Shown: piece after piece, positions 39,598 through 49,694 of the stretch
How positions within the stretch are numbered: the stretch's first letter is position 1
Layout: each line of letters begins with the position of its first letter
From: Polyangiaceae bacterium
Lineage (GTDB): Bacteria; Myxococcota_A; Polyangia; Polyangiales; Polyangiaceae
DNA length: 64,000 nt
Direction of reading: 5' to 3'
Assembly (NCBI GenBank): GCA_035063585.1
Contig: JAPSGB010000002.1
Location: 1-64,000, forward strand
Program-made: the position numbers and the translations under genes
The notes under the pieces: generated by a model
Seen by the model: only the letters and a program-made list of their open reading frames with translations
What the model was told of the DNA's origin: nothing
Database searches by the model: none

Positions 39598-42204
39598 ATG
39601 CCCCCACAGAATCGATCCAAGGTCCCCCTAGGGACCGTTCTCGAGGGGAAGTTCCGGGTCACCAAGGAGATCGGCCGCGGCGGCATGGCCGCCGTCTACG
39701 AGGCCGAGAACGTCGACATCGGCAAGCGCGTCGCGGTGAAGATCCTCGCCGCGGAGCTGCTCACCTCGCGGGTGGTGCGCGAGCGCTTCATCCGCGAGGC
39801 GCGCGCCTCGGCCGCGATCCGGAGCCCGTACATTTGCGACGTCTACGACTCCGGGATGTTCGAGGACCGGCCGTTCTTGGTGATGGAGCTGCTCGAGGGC
39901 GAGAGCCTGTACGACATGCTCACCCGGGTGCGTCAGCTCGACGCGAGCACCACCCTGCTGGTCGCGACCCAGGCCTGCCGCGGGCTCACCAAGGCGCACG
40001 AGCTCAGCGTCGTCCACCGCGATCTCAAGCCCGAGAACATCTTCATCACGCGAGACGAAGAGGGCGCGCTCCTCGCCAAGATCCTGGATTTCGGGCTCGC
40101 CAAGTTCTACGAGCCCACCGGAGGGACCGCGGAGCAGGCGCGGCTCACGCGGGAGGGGGCGCTCTTCGGCACACCCGCCTACATGAGCCCCGAGCAGGCC
40201 AGGGGTCAGGGCGAGGTCGACCATCGCTGCGATCTCTGGGCGCTCGGCTGCATCGTCTACGAGTGCCTCACCGGGCAGACGGTGTGGAACGTGGAGCAAG
40301 GCGTGGCGATGATCCTCGCGCAGATCGCCGGCGCACCGATCCCGCGCCCCTCGCGCCTGCGGCCGGATCTGCCGCCGACCTTCGACCCGTGGTTCCTCCG
40401 GGCGCTCGACCGCGATGCGGACAAGCGCTTCCAGACCGCCAAGGAGTTCGCCGACTCGCTCGCGGAGGCGCTCACGCCGCCCACCGGGTCGGTTCGCACC
40501 ACCCCGCTGCACTCGGAAGAGGAGGCGCTGGTCGTCGATCAGCTCATCAGCTCCGAGCTGTCCGAGGCCGGGCTCTCCTCACCCACGGCCGGCGCCGAGC
40601 CGCTGGTGTCTCTGCCGAGCGCACCGACGGCGGCGCCCGAGGGGACCATCCCGGAGAATTTCGATCGCTCGCTCGCGCCGCTCGACGACGCGCCGCGAGC
40701 CGGAGGCGCAGGGCGCGCGCTCGGCTGGCTCCTCGGAGTCTCCGCCCTCGCGCTCGGGGGCTACGGCGCGTGGTTCTACTTGCTCCATCCGCCGCCGCGT
40801 CCGATCCAGCCGACCGTGCAGGCGCCGCCGAGCGCGCGACCCGCTCCCTCGGCCACGGCCGCCCCCGCCGAGAAGCTCGAGCCGCGCGAGAGCGACCCGT
40901 TCGCGCTGCAGATCTCGACCGCTCAGGAGTGGCTCGAGAAGGGCAAGCGCGACAACGCGCTGGCGCTGTTCAAGGAGGCCTTCAACAACGGCGGCTCGGG
41001 GGTCGCGCGCGCGCTGCTCTCGCAGGCTGGTATCGCGCTCGCCACCAGCGCGAACGAGCGCTGCCAGGTCACCGGCCTCGGGAGGCCCCGGCCCTTCGAC
41101 GACACCACGGTCGTCTCTCGCCCCACCATCGCGATGGGGCCGCGCGGTGTGGTCGTGGCGTGGGTGGACAACCATCAAGATCCGAAGCGGAGGCAGGCCT
41201 TCGCGGTGGTGCTCGACAGCGCGCTCCGCCGGGTGACCCCGCCGCGAATGCTGACCCCCGAGGCCAGCTCGGTGCGCTTTCCACAGCTGGTGCAGGCGGA
41301 GGAGCAGCTCACGCTGCTCTACTTCGACACCAGCGGCGAGGATCCGGGGGTCTTCGCACGGATGCTCGAGCCGGACGGGCGAATCGCCGGCCCTGCGCGG
41401 CGCGTCTCGGGCCAGAAGCGCGACGACTTCAACCCCTCCCTCGCGCGAGCTGGAGATGGCGCCTTCTGGGCGGTCTGGTCCGAGGAGGTCGAGAGCGGCG
41501 GGCGTGATCTCGTGGCGCGCAAGCTGAACCCGACCCTCGTGCCGACCGGCGACGTGGTCCGGCTGACCCAGTTCGTGCATCGCCGCGGCGTGACCATCGA
41601 CGCGTCCGATCCGGATGCCATCATCGATGGCGACGAGCTCGACGTCGTCTTTTCGCTCACGCGGGACAAGGCGCAAGAGGTCATGCACCTACGGGTGAAG
41701 CTCTCGGACCCGGCGCTCGCCAAAGGCCTGGTCTCGCCCGAGGAGAAGCCGGCGCCGCGAAAGAAGGCGGAAGATCGGTTCATCGGAGAGCTGCGCGCCA
41801 TCAGCCGTTCCCACGGGAAGAACACCGAGCCCCACATCGCCTGCGCGCGCGAGGGGTGCTTCGTGGTGTGGGACGACGAGAAGGCGGGCGCGAACGCGGC
41901 CTACCTCGACCGCAGCGGCGCTCAGCCGCTCTGGCATCGCGAGTTCGCGAGCAAGGGCTCGCGCCCGACGGTCGCGGCGGTCGCCGACGCTGCCCTGGTC
42001 GCCTGGTACGAGGGCGGACGCCTCAAGGCCGCGCACATCACCCGCGACGGGATCGACAAGGGCAGCACGGTAGGCCGCGTCAGCGGGTTCCAGCCCTCGG
42101 CCGCGGTGGTGCCCGGCGAGAAGCCGGGCGAGTGGTACCTGACTTGGCGCGACTATGAGGCGGGACACCTCGAGGCGTTCGTGGCGCGCGCCCAGTGCAG
42201 GTAG
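39598..42204 (+). CDS. Transmembrane Hanks-type Ser/Thr protein kinase
   Basis: GRGGMAAVY, HRDLKPEN, DFG and GTPAYMSPEQ; one TM; large C-terminal extracytoplasmic domain. Confidence 0.95.
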   Translation: MPPQNRSKVPLGTVLEGKFRVTKEIGRGGMAAVYEAENVDIGKRVAVKILAAELLTSRVVRERFIREARASAAIRSPYICDVYDSGMFEDRPFLVMELLEGESLYDMLTRVRQLDASTTLLVATQACRGLTKAHELSVVHRDLKPENIFITRDEEGALLAKILDFGLAKFYEPTGGTAEQARLTREGALFGTPAYMSPEQARGQGEVDHRCDLWALGCIVYECLTGQTVWNVEQGVAMILAQIAGAPIPRPSRLRPDLPPTFDPWFLRALDRDADKRFQTAKEFADSLAEALTPPTGSVRTTPLHSEEEALVVDQLISSELSEAGLSSPTAGAEPLVSLPSAPTAAPEGTIPENFDRSLAPLDDAPRAGGAGRALGWLLGVSALALGGYGAWFYLLHPPPRPIQPTVQAPPSARPAPSATAAPAEKLEPRESDPFALQISTAQEWLEKGKRDNALALFKEAFNNGGSGVARALLSQAGIALATSANERCQVTGLGRPRPFDDTTVVSRPTIAMGPRGVVVAWVDNHQDPKRRQAFAVVLDSALRRVTPPRMLTPEASSVRFPQLVQAEEQLTLLYFDTSGEDPGVFARMLEPDGRIAGPARRVSGQKRDDFNPSLARAGDGAFWAVWSEEVESGGRDLVARKLNPTLVPTGDVVRLTQFVHRRGVTIDASDPDAIIDGDELDVVFSLTRDKAQEVMHLRVKLSDPALAKGLVSPEEKPAPRKKAEDRFIGELRAISRSHGKNTEPHIACAREGCFVVWDDEKAGANAAYLDRSGAQPLWHREFASKGSRPTVAAVADAALVAWYEGGRLKAAHITRDGIDKGSTVGRVSGFQPSAAVVPGEKPGEWYLTWRDYEAGHLEAFVARAQCR

Positions 42205-42217
42205 AGGAGGGCGGGAC

Positions 42218-42790
42218 ATGCTGAACATCCCGCCGAGAGCGTCGTTCCGGCGGTCGCCGCTCGAGACCGCGCGCTTGACGCTGCTGCCCATCGAGGCGAG
42301 CGACACGGCCGAGCTCTGGGCCGCGGTGGACGGCTCCCGCTGGCACCTCGAGCGCTGGCTGCCCTGGGTACCTTTCAACAACAGCCTGGAGGCGAGCGAG
42401 CGCTACGCCGAGGCGTGCATGCTCGATTGGGACGCGGGGCGCGCGGTGAGGCTGGCGATCCGTGACCGACGCACCCGGGAGTTCCTCGGCGTGGTGGGGC
42501 TCGACTCCTGCGTCCACCTGCATCGCTCGTGCGAGCTCGGGTACTGGCTGAAGCGCGACGCGACCGGCAAGGGGCTCATGACCGAGGCAGCGCGCGGGCT
42601 CTCGGACTTTGCGCTCCAGCGAATGGGCGTGCACCGGATCCGTTGCGCCGCCGCGACCGACAACCACGCGAGCCTCCAGGTCATCGCGCGGCTCGGCTTC
42701 CGCTTCGAGGGGATCGCGCGCCAGGCCGAATTCGTGCAGGATCGGTGGCTCGACCACGCGGTCTTCGCGCGGCTGGCCCACGACGGGTAG
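42218..42790 (+). CDS. RimJ/RimL-type GNAT acetyltransferase
   Basis: ELGYWL..GKGLMTEA and N.AS..RLGFRFEG motifs; GGAGG RBS. Confidence 0.9.
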   Translation: MLNIPPRASFRRSPLETARLTLLPIEASDTAELWAAVDGSRWHLERWLPWVPFNNSLEASERYAEACMLDWDAGRAVRLAIRDRRTREFLGVVGLDSCVHLHRSCELGYWLKRDATGKGLMTEAARGLSDFALQRMGVHRIRCAAATDNHASLQVIARLGFRFEGIARQAEFVQDRWLDHAVFARLAHDG

Positions 42791-42792
42791 AG

Positions 42793-44271
42793 GTGCCTCG
42801 CCTCTCCCGACAACTCCCGTTCCTCCCGCTGGCGCCCGCGGCGGTCGTGGTGGTCGGCATCGCGGCGGCGCTGGTCATCGCCTGGCTCGGCGTCTCGGAT
42901 TTGCACACCCAGAGCGACGACGCCGCGGGGCTGCGGAGCCGCCTCTTGAGCCTCACGCTCGCCGAGCGGCTCCGAGCGACCGCGCCGGCCGATCGCGGCG
43001 CGGTCATCGACCGCGCCGCGAGTCGCTCGGGCGCCGAGGTGCTGCTCCTTCGTCAGGACGGCGACATCGTCACCGACGGCACCCTCGGCCTACCCTCCAC
43101 CGCAGCGCTCGTGGACCTCTTGGTCGCAGGCGAAGGCGAGACCACGACCGAGCTCGGCCGCACCCGCTTCTGCGCGACCTCCCTCCGCGCGCCCTTCGAG
43201 CACTTGGCGGTCATCACCTTCGTGCGAGCGCCGGAGGCGCCCTTCGCGGTCGGCTCGCTGGTGTCGTCGGTCGCCGCCCTCGCGGCCATCCTGATCGGCG
43301 TGGCGGCGCTGGTCGCCCTCGCGCTCGCGCAGAACGTCCAGAGCGACGTCGACTACCTCCGCGAGCGGGTCGCCCGAATGGCGAGCGAAGGCGCCGAGCC
43401 AGCGGGGAAGCCGGTCGCGATCCGCGCGGCCGATCAGATCGGGCTCTTGACGCTGGCCTTCAACACCCTGGTCGATCGCTTCATGGCCTCAGAGCACGCC
43501 TATCGCCAGGATCTCTCCCGCGCGATGGCCTCCGATCGAGATCGGAGCGGGTTCCTCGCGGCGCTGAGCCACGAGCTCAGGACCCCGCTCAATGCCATCC
43601 TCGGCTTCACCGATGTCCTCCTCGGCGAAGTGGACGGAGAGCTCAGCGCCGACGCCCGGGAGAACCTATCCATCGTCCGGTCGAGCGGCGTTCACCTGAG
43701 AGCCCTCATCGACGACATCCTCGATCTCTCCGCGCTCGAGTCCGGAGAGCTCGAGCTCACCCGGCGCGAGGTCGACGTCTACTCGGTCGCCGACGAGGTG
43801 GTGCGCGAAGCGCAGGGCGCCGCGCAGGGCAAGCCGCTCACCGTGACGCTCGAGGGGGAGCCTACTTCAGCGTGGGTGGACCGTCGCCGCTTGCGGCAGA
43901 TCATCGGCAACCTGGTCTCGAACGCGGTGAAGTTCACGAGCGAGGGGCACGTGGAGGTCCGGGTCGAGCCGCGAGGCAGCCTGGTGGCGATCATCACACG
44001 GGACACCGGACCGGGCATCGCGGACGACGAGCAGGCGCTCATCTTCGAAGAGTACCGCCAGGCCGGAGACGCTCGCGTGCGACGCTTCGGTACCGGCCTC
44101 GGGCTCGCCATCGCGCGACGTCTGGCGGTCATGCACGGCGGCAGCATCTCGCTCGAGAGCCGCCTCGGAGCGGGCTCGACCTTCACGGTGCTCGTGCCGG
44201 CCGAGCCGCCAGTCGTCGAGCGCGATCGGGCCACCGCGCCGCTCCCCAGCGCCCCCGGGGTGACGCCGTGA
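42793..44271 (+). CDS. Sensor histidine kinase (TM, HAMP, HisKA, HATPase)
   Basis: SHELRTPLN, NLVSNAVKFT, DTGPGI and GTGLGL motifs. Confidence 0.93.
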   Translation: MPRLSRQLPFLPLAPAAVVVVGIAAALVIAWLGVSDLHTQSDDAAGLRSRLLSLTLAERLRATAPADRGAVIDRAASRSGAEVLLLRQDGDIVTDGTLGLPSTAALVDLLVAGEGETTTELGRTRFCATSLRAPFEHLAVITFVRAPEAPFAVGSLVSSVAALAAILIGVAALVALALAQNVQSDVDYLRERVARMASEGAEPAGKPVAIRAADQIGLLTLAFNTLVDRFMASEHAYRQDLSRAMASDRDRSGFLAALSHELRTPLNAILGFTDVLLGEVDGELSADARENLSIVRSSGVHLRALIDDILDLSALESGELELTRREVDVYSVADEVVREAQGAAQGKPLTVTLEGEPTSAWVDRRRLRQIIGNLVSNAVKFTSEGHVEVRVEPRGSLVAIITRDTGPGIADDEQALIFEEYRQAGDARVRRFGTGLGLAIARRLAVMHGGSISLESRLGAGSTFTVLVPAEPPVVERDRATAPLPSAPGVTP

Positions 44272-46112
44272 ACGAAGCCGCCTCGAGGCTCACCCAGCGG
44301 GTGCTCGGCTGGCATCTCCTCTTCACGCTGGTCATCGCCGGGCTCATCTCGTCGATGGCGCCCCGCCTCCTGCTGCTCGAGCGCGCGGTCTCATCCGACG
44401 CGGCGCGGGCCTTGCTCATCGCCGTGCTGACCGGCGGCGCGTTCGCGCTCGCGCGCACTGCGTGGCTGCTACGCCGACAGCGCTTCACGCTGCGCGCTCT
44501 CGCCCTCGGCTCGCGGTCCATCGAACCCTTCGAGCTGAGAGAGCTCGGCGCCGAGCCGTGGCGGGTCACCGCCGGCTGGGGCGCCCCGATCATCGCCGCG
44601 CTCGCGCTCGGAGCCACCGTCCTGCGGCCGAGCATCCTCGACCTGGTGACCGCCGCGAGCCTCGGGCTGCTCGGCGCGGTGATCGTCGCTGCCGCCTGCT
44701 TGCCGCTCCACGTGGTGGTCCGAGAGCAGTTCGTTCGCGCGGTCGAGCTCGCGCCACCGGACGCGATGCGCGAGGTCCTCGAGACCGAAGAACGGAGCGG
44801 CGTGCTCTCGGCGCGCATTCCACGCCGACTGCTCGCGGCGGTGGCGACCCCGGTGGTGTTTCTCACCATCGGGGCCGCGCTCATCACCAACGCCCACCTC
44901 CGCCGCGCCGACGAGCGACAGCGAGAAGAGACCGCACGCGCGCTGGCACGCTCGTCGCTCGAGCTCGGTCCGGGCGTGATCAGCGGCGCCGGCCTCGACG
45001 CGGCGCTCGAACGCGCGGCAGAGCTCGGGTTTCGAGCCCGGGTCGATGAGGAGTCGACCGAGAACTACGGCCTCGGCCGTGACCAAGACGGCATCATGCA
45101 GGTGGTGACGCCGCTCGACGCGGGCGCCGCGGAGGTCCGCTTCAGCGGCTCCACGGTCGGTCTCTTCAGCGCCGAGACGCTCGCCATCGCGTTCGCCGCG
45201 CTCATCGTCGCCGGACTGCTCGGGATGAGCATTGGGCGTGCCCTCGGCGACGATCTTCGGCTCGCCACCCGTGGGCTCCGTCTGCTCGGCACCGACGCCG
45301 TGCTCGGCGGCACCCGGGTGGTGCGCCCCGCGCGCTTCGAGGAGGTCTTCGAGCTCGGCCAGGCGATCGAGCGACTCGCCGACCGCTTTCGTCTCTTCGC
45401 GCGAGCGCAGCAGCGCGCGATCGACGCCCGCGAAGCCGCCACGCGCATGCGCGGGCTGTTTCTCGCGAGCGTGAGCCACGATCTCAAGAGCCCGCTCAAC
45501 GCGGTGCTCGGCTTCACCGAGCTCGTCCGCCAGCTCGAGCCGCTCTCCCCGGGGCAATCGGAGAGCCTCGCGTTCATCGAGCATCGCGGCCGTGAGCTGC
45601 TCGCGCTCATCGAGACCATCCTCGACGCCGCGCGCGTGGAGGCGGGCCAGCTCACCCTCGAGCGCGAGCCGGTGCTCATCAGCGATCTCATCGGCGCGTC
45701 CATCGAGAAGGGCCGCGACCTCGGCCGGGAGCGGCCCGTCGAGGTGGTCGGAGAGATCGCCCCCGGCATTCCGTCGCTCGAGGTCGATCGCCTCCAGATG
45801 AGCCGCGCGCTAGCGACCCTCATCGGGCACGCGCTGCGCTCCGCTCAGCGCTCCCCGGTGCGCGTCCGCGCGCTCCCCAGGCCCAACCGAGTTCGGATCG
45901 TGATCGAGCTCCCGAGCCAGCGCTTCAGCGCGCGACAGCTCTCGGCGATGCTCGATCCAAGCCGCGAGCCAGGCGCGAGTCCGCACCGCGGGCTCGCGCT
46001 CGGTCTCGGCCTCGCGCGCGCGGTCATCGGCCTCCACGGGGGCTCGGTGACGGTGGAGCGCGATCACGGCTCCGGTCCGGCCTTCCGGGTGGAACTCCCG
46101 GCGGAAGAGTGA
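44268..46112 (+). CDS. Multi-TM histidine kinase-like protein with degenerate ATPase domain
   Basis: SHDLKSPLN H-box intact; N-box reads TLIGHALR; no DxGxG; GTGA overlap with the upstream kinase. Confidence 0.85.
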   Translation: MNEAASRLTQRVLGWHLLFTLVIAGLISSMAPRLLLLERAVSSDAARALLIAVLTGGAFALARTAWLLRRQRFTLRALALGSRSIEPFELRELGAEPWRVTAGWGAPIIAALALGATVLRPSILDLVTAASLGLLGAVIVAAACLPLHVVVREQFVRAVELAPPDAMREVLETEERSGVLSARIPRRLLAAVATPVVFLTIGAALITNAHLRRADERQREETARALARSSLELGPGVISGAGLDAALERAAELGFRARVDEESTENYGLGRDQDGIMQVVTPLDAGAAEVRFSGSTVGLFSAETLAIAFAALIVAGLLGMSIGRALGDDLRLATRGLRLLGTDAVLGGTRVVRPARFEEVFELGQAIERLADRFRLFARAQQRAIDAREAATRMRGLFLASVSHDLKSPLNAVLGFTELVRQLEPLSPGQSESLAFIEHRGRELLALIETILDAARVEAGQLTLEREPVLISDLIGASIEKGRDLGRERPVEVVGEIAPGIPSLEVDRLQMSRALATLIGHALRSAQRSPVRVRALPRPNRVRIVIELPSQRFSARQLSAMLDPSREPGASPHRGLALGLGLARAVIGLHGGSVTVERDHGSGPAFRVELPAEE

Positions 46113-46147
46113 GCGCTGACTGCGCCCGCACGCCCGGCGACAGCACG

Positions 46148-47629
46148 CTACCGCGTGACCACGACGTAGGTCCCCTTGCCGAGCGAGCCCCCGGACTGCG
46201 CGCCGTTCCAGCCCTCCGGCACCGCGGGGTCCGTCCATCCGAACAGCCGCTTGCCGTCGATGGGTGACAGGTTCACGCAGCCTGCGCTCATCGGCTCGCC
46301 GAAGCTCTCGTGCCAGTAGGCGACGTGGAGCGCGAACGGCGCGTCGAAGTACTGGGTGTACGGGACGTCTGCGATCCAAAACGAGCGATCTTCCCCGCTC
46401 TCCGGGCTCATGGTCGCCGCCACGTGCTTGAACGTCACCCGGTAGACGCCGAGCGGTGTGCTGCTCGTCTTCACCGGCGAGACGCCCCGGGTCGGTAGGC
46501 CGCCGGCACCGGGTGAGATGAGCGTGGCGTACACCGGTCGTAGTCCCTCGTAGGCGACCAAGGTGCCCTGCGTGATGCTGACGAGGAGCCACTTCTCGCC
46601 TTCGGCGACGCCGATCGGCAGGCTCTCTCGCGCGACGACCACGGTCGCGTCCTCGGCGGCGAGGTAAGCGCCGGCCTCCTTGGTGAGCAGGTATCCGCGC
46701 TCGGGCTCGGCGCTCGCGAGCTCGACGTAGCTCCGCGCCGGCCAACGCTCCCCGGTCGCGGTGAAGCTGCCGTCGGCCGCTCTCCGATACTTCGTGCGCG
46801 CGACCGCGCGCATCCACGCGATCGGGAGCGCGACGCCGCGGCCGAGCTCCGTCCCGTGGAACGTCGACTCGCGATAGGGACGCACGCGATCGGCCGGCAC
46901 CACCGTACCATCGGTGCTGAGCAGCCACGTTCGCCCCTCGTAGGCGAACGCCTTCGTGAACGCGAGCATCGACCCGAGCGGGATGGTGCGCCGCACCAGC
47001 TCGAGCGGGTGCGCGCTGCCGATGGAGCCGCCATCGGCGAGGAACGACGGCACCGGGTCGCTCGCCGCGACCGCGCGCACCTCGGCGAGCTTCTCGTGTC
47101 CGCGATTCCCCCAGGACAAGGGCGCGAAGCTGCCCGGCTTCCCGAGGAATCGCTCCGCCTTCTGCCACTCCTCCGCGGTCGGGAGGCGCCGATACATGGG
47201 CGCGCCGTTCGACAGCGCATAACGGTACGGCAGGGGCTGGTCGATGCCGTCGACGAGCCGCATCCCCTCGAGGTAACGCCCGCTCCCATCGAGCGTCGCG
47301 GTTCGGTCGAGGCACACGTAGCCGCGCGGCTCGACGGCCACGAACCCACCGGCGCACCCGCTCCCCGCGACGCGTTCGGCGTTCTTCAGCGCCACCGAGG
47401 TGCCGAGTCGAACATATCCGAGGTGCTCACGCGGGTTTCCTCGTCGCGGCGCGTCCCAGATCCAGGTCACGACCCCCGTGCTGTAGATCCGGGCTTGGCT
47501 CGGCTCGGCGCGGCCGGCGGCCCGCGCGTCGGCGCGCCGCTCGGCAGGAGCCGCGCCGCGCCCGTCGGCGAACGCCGCGGTAGCCACCGCGAGCCCGAGG
47601 GCGACTGCGCTCACGACCAGAGCTCTCAC
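46148..47629 (-). CDS. L,D-transpeptidase family protein
   Basis: Signal peptide; TPLGVY, VPYTQYF and ALHVAYWHESFGEPMSAGCVNL motifs. Confidence 0.88.
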   Translation of the reverse strand: MRALVVSAVALGLAVATAAFADGRGAAPAERRADARAAGRAEPSQARIYSTGVVTWIWDAPRRGNPREHLGYVRLGTSVALKNAERVAGSGCAGGFVAVEPRGYVCLDRTATLDGSGRYLEGMRLVDGIDQPLPYRYALSNGAPMYRRLPTAEEWQKAERFLGKPGSFAPLSWGNRGHEKLAEVRAVAASDPVPSFLADGGSIGSAHPLELVRRTIPLGSMLAFTKAFAYEGRTWLLSTDGTVVPADRVRPYRESTFHGTELGRGVALPIAWMRAVARTKYRRAADGSFTATGERWPARSYVELASAEPERGYLLTKEAGAYLAAEDATVVVARESLPIGVAEGEKWLLVSITQGTLVAYEGLRPVYATLISPGAGGLPTRGVSPVKTSSTPLGVYRVTFKHVAATMSPESGEDRSFWIADVPYTQYFDAPFALHVAYWHESFGEPMSAGCVNLSPIDGKRLFGWTDPAVPEGWNGAQSGGSLGKGTYVVVTR

Positions 47630-47724
47630 TCGGGCGACGCTAACCCCGACCCATCGCGCGACGCAACCGCGCCGCCCCCGGGGGCGCGCTCGGCGACGAA
47701 CCTAGAGCGAGCCGCCGCGCGGCG

Positions 47725-48264
47725 CTAGTCGGCTCGCGCGGCGCAGGTCTGATCCGCGAGGCCGGTGCAAGCGACCCGCGCCGAGATGCAGTCGGTCGCG
47801 GCCGACTCTCCGCACCGGCACGCGACGCATTTTTCCGCCGCCGGGTCGGCGATACAGTCGAGCAGGCACTGCGTGGCGCTGCACGCGGCGAACGCCGCCT
47901 GACAGTCGGCGCAGGGCGCGCTGAGCCCCAGGTTCGTCGTCAAGCACGCGCTGACGAGCGACGAGAAATCGGGGTCGGTCGGCAGCTTGCCGCTCGTGAC
48001 GAGCGGCTTCACGCAGGTCGGGATGGCGACCTCGAGATCCACCTGGTCGAGCGCCGCGGTGTCGCTCGCGCCGAGGCACGCGTCGCCGCCTGCCTCTACC
48101 GTGCCATCGAGCGCGCTCCCGTCGGCACCGCCGGCCTCTGCCGGTACCGCTGCGTCCGGGGTGCCGCTAGCCGCCGCGTCGTCCGGCGCTCCACACGCCC
48201 CGAGCCCGAGCGCCATCAGCAGAATCGCGAGGTTCCGCGCCGACTCACTCTTCACTTTCGACAT
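47725..48264 (-). CDS. Cys-rich lipoprotein
   Basis: LGAC lipobox; GLSAPCADC..C..CLLDC..CVACRC..CTG; 11 nt downstream of the FadL-like gene. Confidence 0.75.
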   Translation of the reverse strand: MSKVKSESARNLAILLMALGLGACGAPDDAAASGTPDAAVPAEAGGADGSALDGTVEAGGDACLGASDTAALDQVDLEVAIPTCVKPLVTSGKLPTDPDFSSLVSACLTTNLGLSAPCADCQAAFAACSATQCLLDCIADPAAEKCVACRCGESAATDCISARVACTGLADQTCAARAD

Positions 48265-48275
48265 GGGGTCGCCTT

Positions 48276-49514
48276 TCAATCGAATCGGTGGCTGAGATCC
48301 GCCGAGATGAGGTGGAGCGTCGCTCCGTACTCCCCCGCGTAGCCGCACAGCGCGCACGCCTCGCTCCCGAGCTCGGACCCGCTGATGGTCGTGCTGCCGA
48401 AGCGCAGCGCATACGCGACGTTCACCGACCACGCGCCGCGCTCGAAGCCGGCCCCTACGGTCGCGGCGTAGGTGGGGGCCGGCGGCGGCGCGAAGGGGCT
48501 CGGGTAGCGGCGGCTCGACGACGGGCCGTCGTACACGGCCCCCGCGCGCAGCGCGAGCGCCCCGTCACGCAGCACGCGGACCTCCGCGCCAGCGCGCAGC
48601 ATCACCGCGTCGCGCCAGTCGTAGATGGCGGGCAGCTCGATGCGTTCGCCGGCGCGCGTCGCGGAGACCGCGCCGCGGCCATTGTCACCGTTCTTTACGA
48701 GCTCTGCCTCGAGCGCGCCGCCGAAGCGGCCGAAGTCCGCGCGGAGCCCCCCGCCGAACCGGCTGGGGAGCAGCAGCCGGGTCTCGAGGTCGCGCGCGGG
48801 CGCGCCGAGCAGCACGCCTTCCTCGCCGTGGAGGTCGATCGTGGTCTGGTGCCGATAGACGGCGCCGAGGCGTAGCCGGCGACGCGTCGAGCCCGTGGCG
48901 CCAGGCGCATCGGAGAGCGCGTGCCACTGGGCGCCGACGCGAACTCCGGTGAAGTCGAGCCCGGACTGGCTCGAGTCGATGCCCGGGCCGCTCGCGCCCG
49001 CGCCCCGCTTGAAGCGCGACATGGTCGCGTAGGTGGTGCGCTGCGCGACGCCGAGCGCGACCCCCCCGGGAAGCTCTACGCCCACGCCGAGCGCCACCTC
49101 GACGAACGCGGCGCGCGCCTCGTCGTCGGTGACGCCGACGGCGCCTCTGTACTCGTACGCGGCGCCGGCGGCGGCGAGCGGCCTGGCTGCGAGGCCGAGC
49201 GCGACGCGCGACGCGATGGGCATCGCCGCCCCGAAGAGCGGCACCGGCGCGAGTACCCGCTCCGACTCCACGTTGACGTTCGGCTCCGGGGACGAGCGCA
49301 CCACGCCGGTCATCAGCGTCACGCCGCCGAGCAGCTCGGGCGCGCGTATCCAGCCGAGACCGCCCGGGTTCAGCGCGGGCGCGAGCGCGGAGTCGACTTC
49401 GGCGAGGCTCGTCCCCCCGATGCCGACGTGTCGCGCGGCGAAGGGCAACGGCTGATCGTAGCCAGCCGCCTGCGCCGCCCCCGCGACGAGCATCGCCGGA
49501 GGCAGCAGCGCCAC
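48276..49514 (-). CDS. OmpP1/FadL-family outer-membrane channel
   Basis: ARHVGIGG..NPGGL hatch motif; LPSRFGGG, WRD..RAGAE, LRAG.YD; C-terminal ..SHRFD; start uncertain (49553, 49514 or 49493). Confidence 0.78.
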   Translation of the reverse strand: MALLPPAMLVAGAAQAAGYDQPLPFAARHVGIGGTSLAEVDSALAPALNPGGLGWIRAPELLGGVTLMTGVVRSSPEPNVNVESERVLAPVPLFGAAMPIASRVALGLAARPLAAAGAAYEYRGAVGVTDDEARAAFVEVALGVGVELPGGVALGVAQRTTYATMSRFKRGAGASGPGIDSSQSGLDFTGVRVGAQWHALSDAPGATGSTRRRLRLGAVYRHQTTIDLHGEEGVLLGAPARDLETRLLLPSRFGGGLRADFGRFGGALEAELVKNGDNGRGAVSATRAGERIELPAIYDWRDAVMLRAGAEVRVLRDGALALRAGAVYDGPSSSRRYPSPFAPPPAPTYAATVGAGFERGAWSVNVAYALRFGSTTISGSELGSEACALCGYAGEYGATLHLISADLSHRFD

Positions 49515-49529
49515 GACCCGCGCCCATAT

Positions 49530-49554
49530 ATTGAAAGCGAAAGTCATTATCAAT
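49530..49554. promoter_or_regulatory. Putative Fur box
   Basis: Minus strand ATTGATAATGACTTTCGCTTTCAAT; 13/19 match to GATAATGATAATCATTATC; ATTGA/TCAAT inverted ends; AT-rich island in GC-rich DNA. Confidence 0.65.
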
Positions 49555-49694
49555 AACCTTGTCAGCCTCCCCTCCGGCTGTCAAACCGTTCGAGCGGCCG
49601 CCCCCCCGAGGTGCGCGCCCCGTCGCCGAGCGTCGGCTCGCATCGAGCGCGCCGGCGCGTGCCGCGCGGCCGCGATGCTATCGTCCAGCGCCCC

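Noticed and set aside
42609..44267. 1167-aa ORF as a single giant kinase
   Set aside because: The upstream part is an Arg-rich shadow frame overlapping the GNAT and HK1 genes; the real start is most likely GTG 44268
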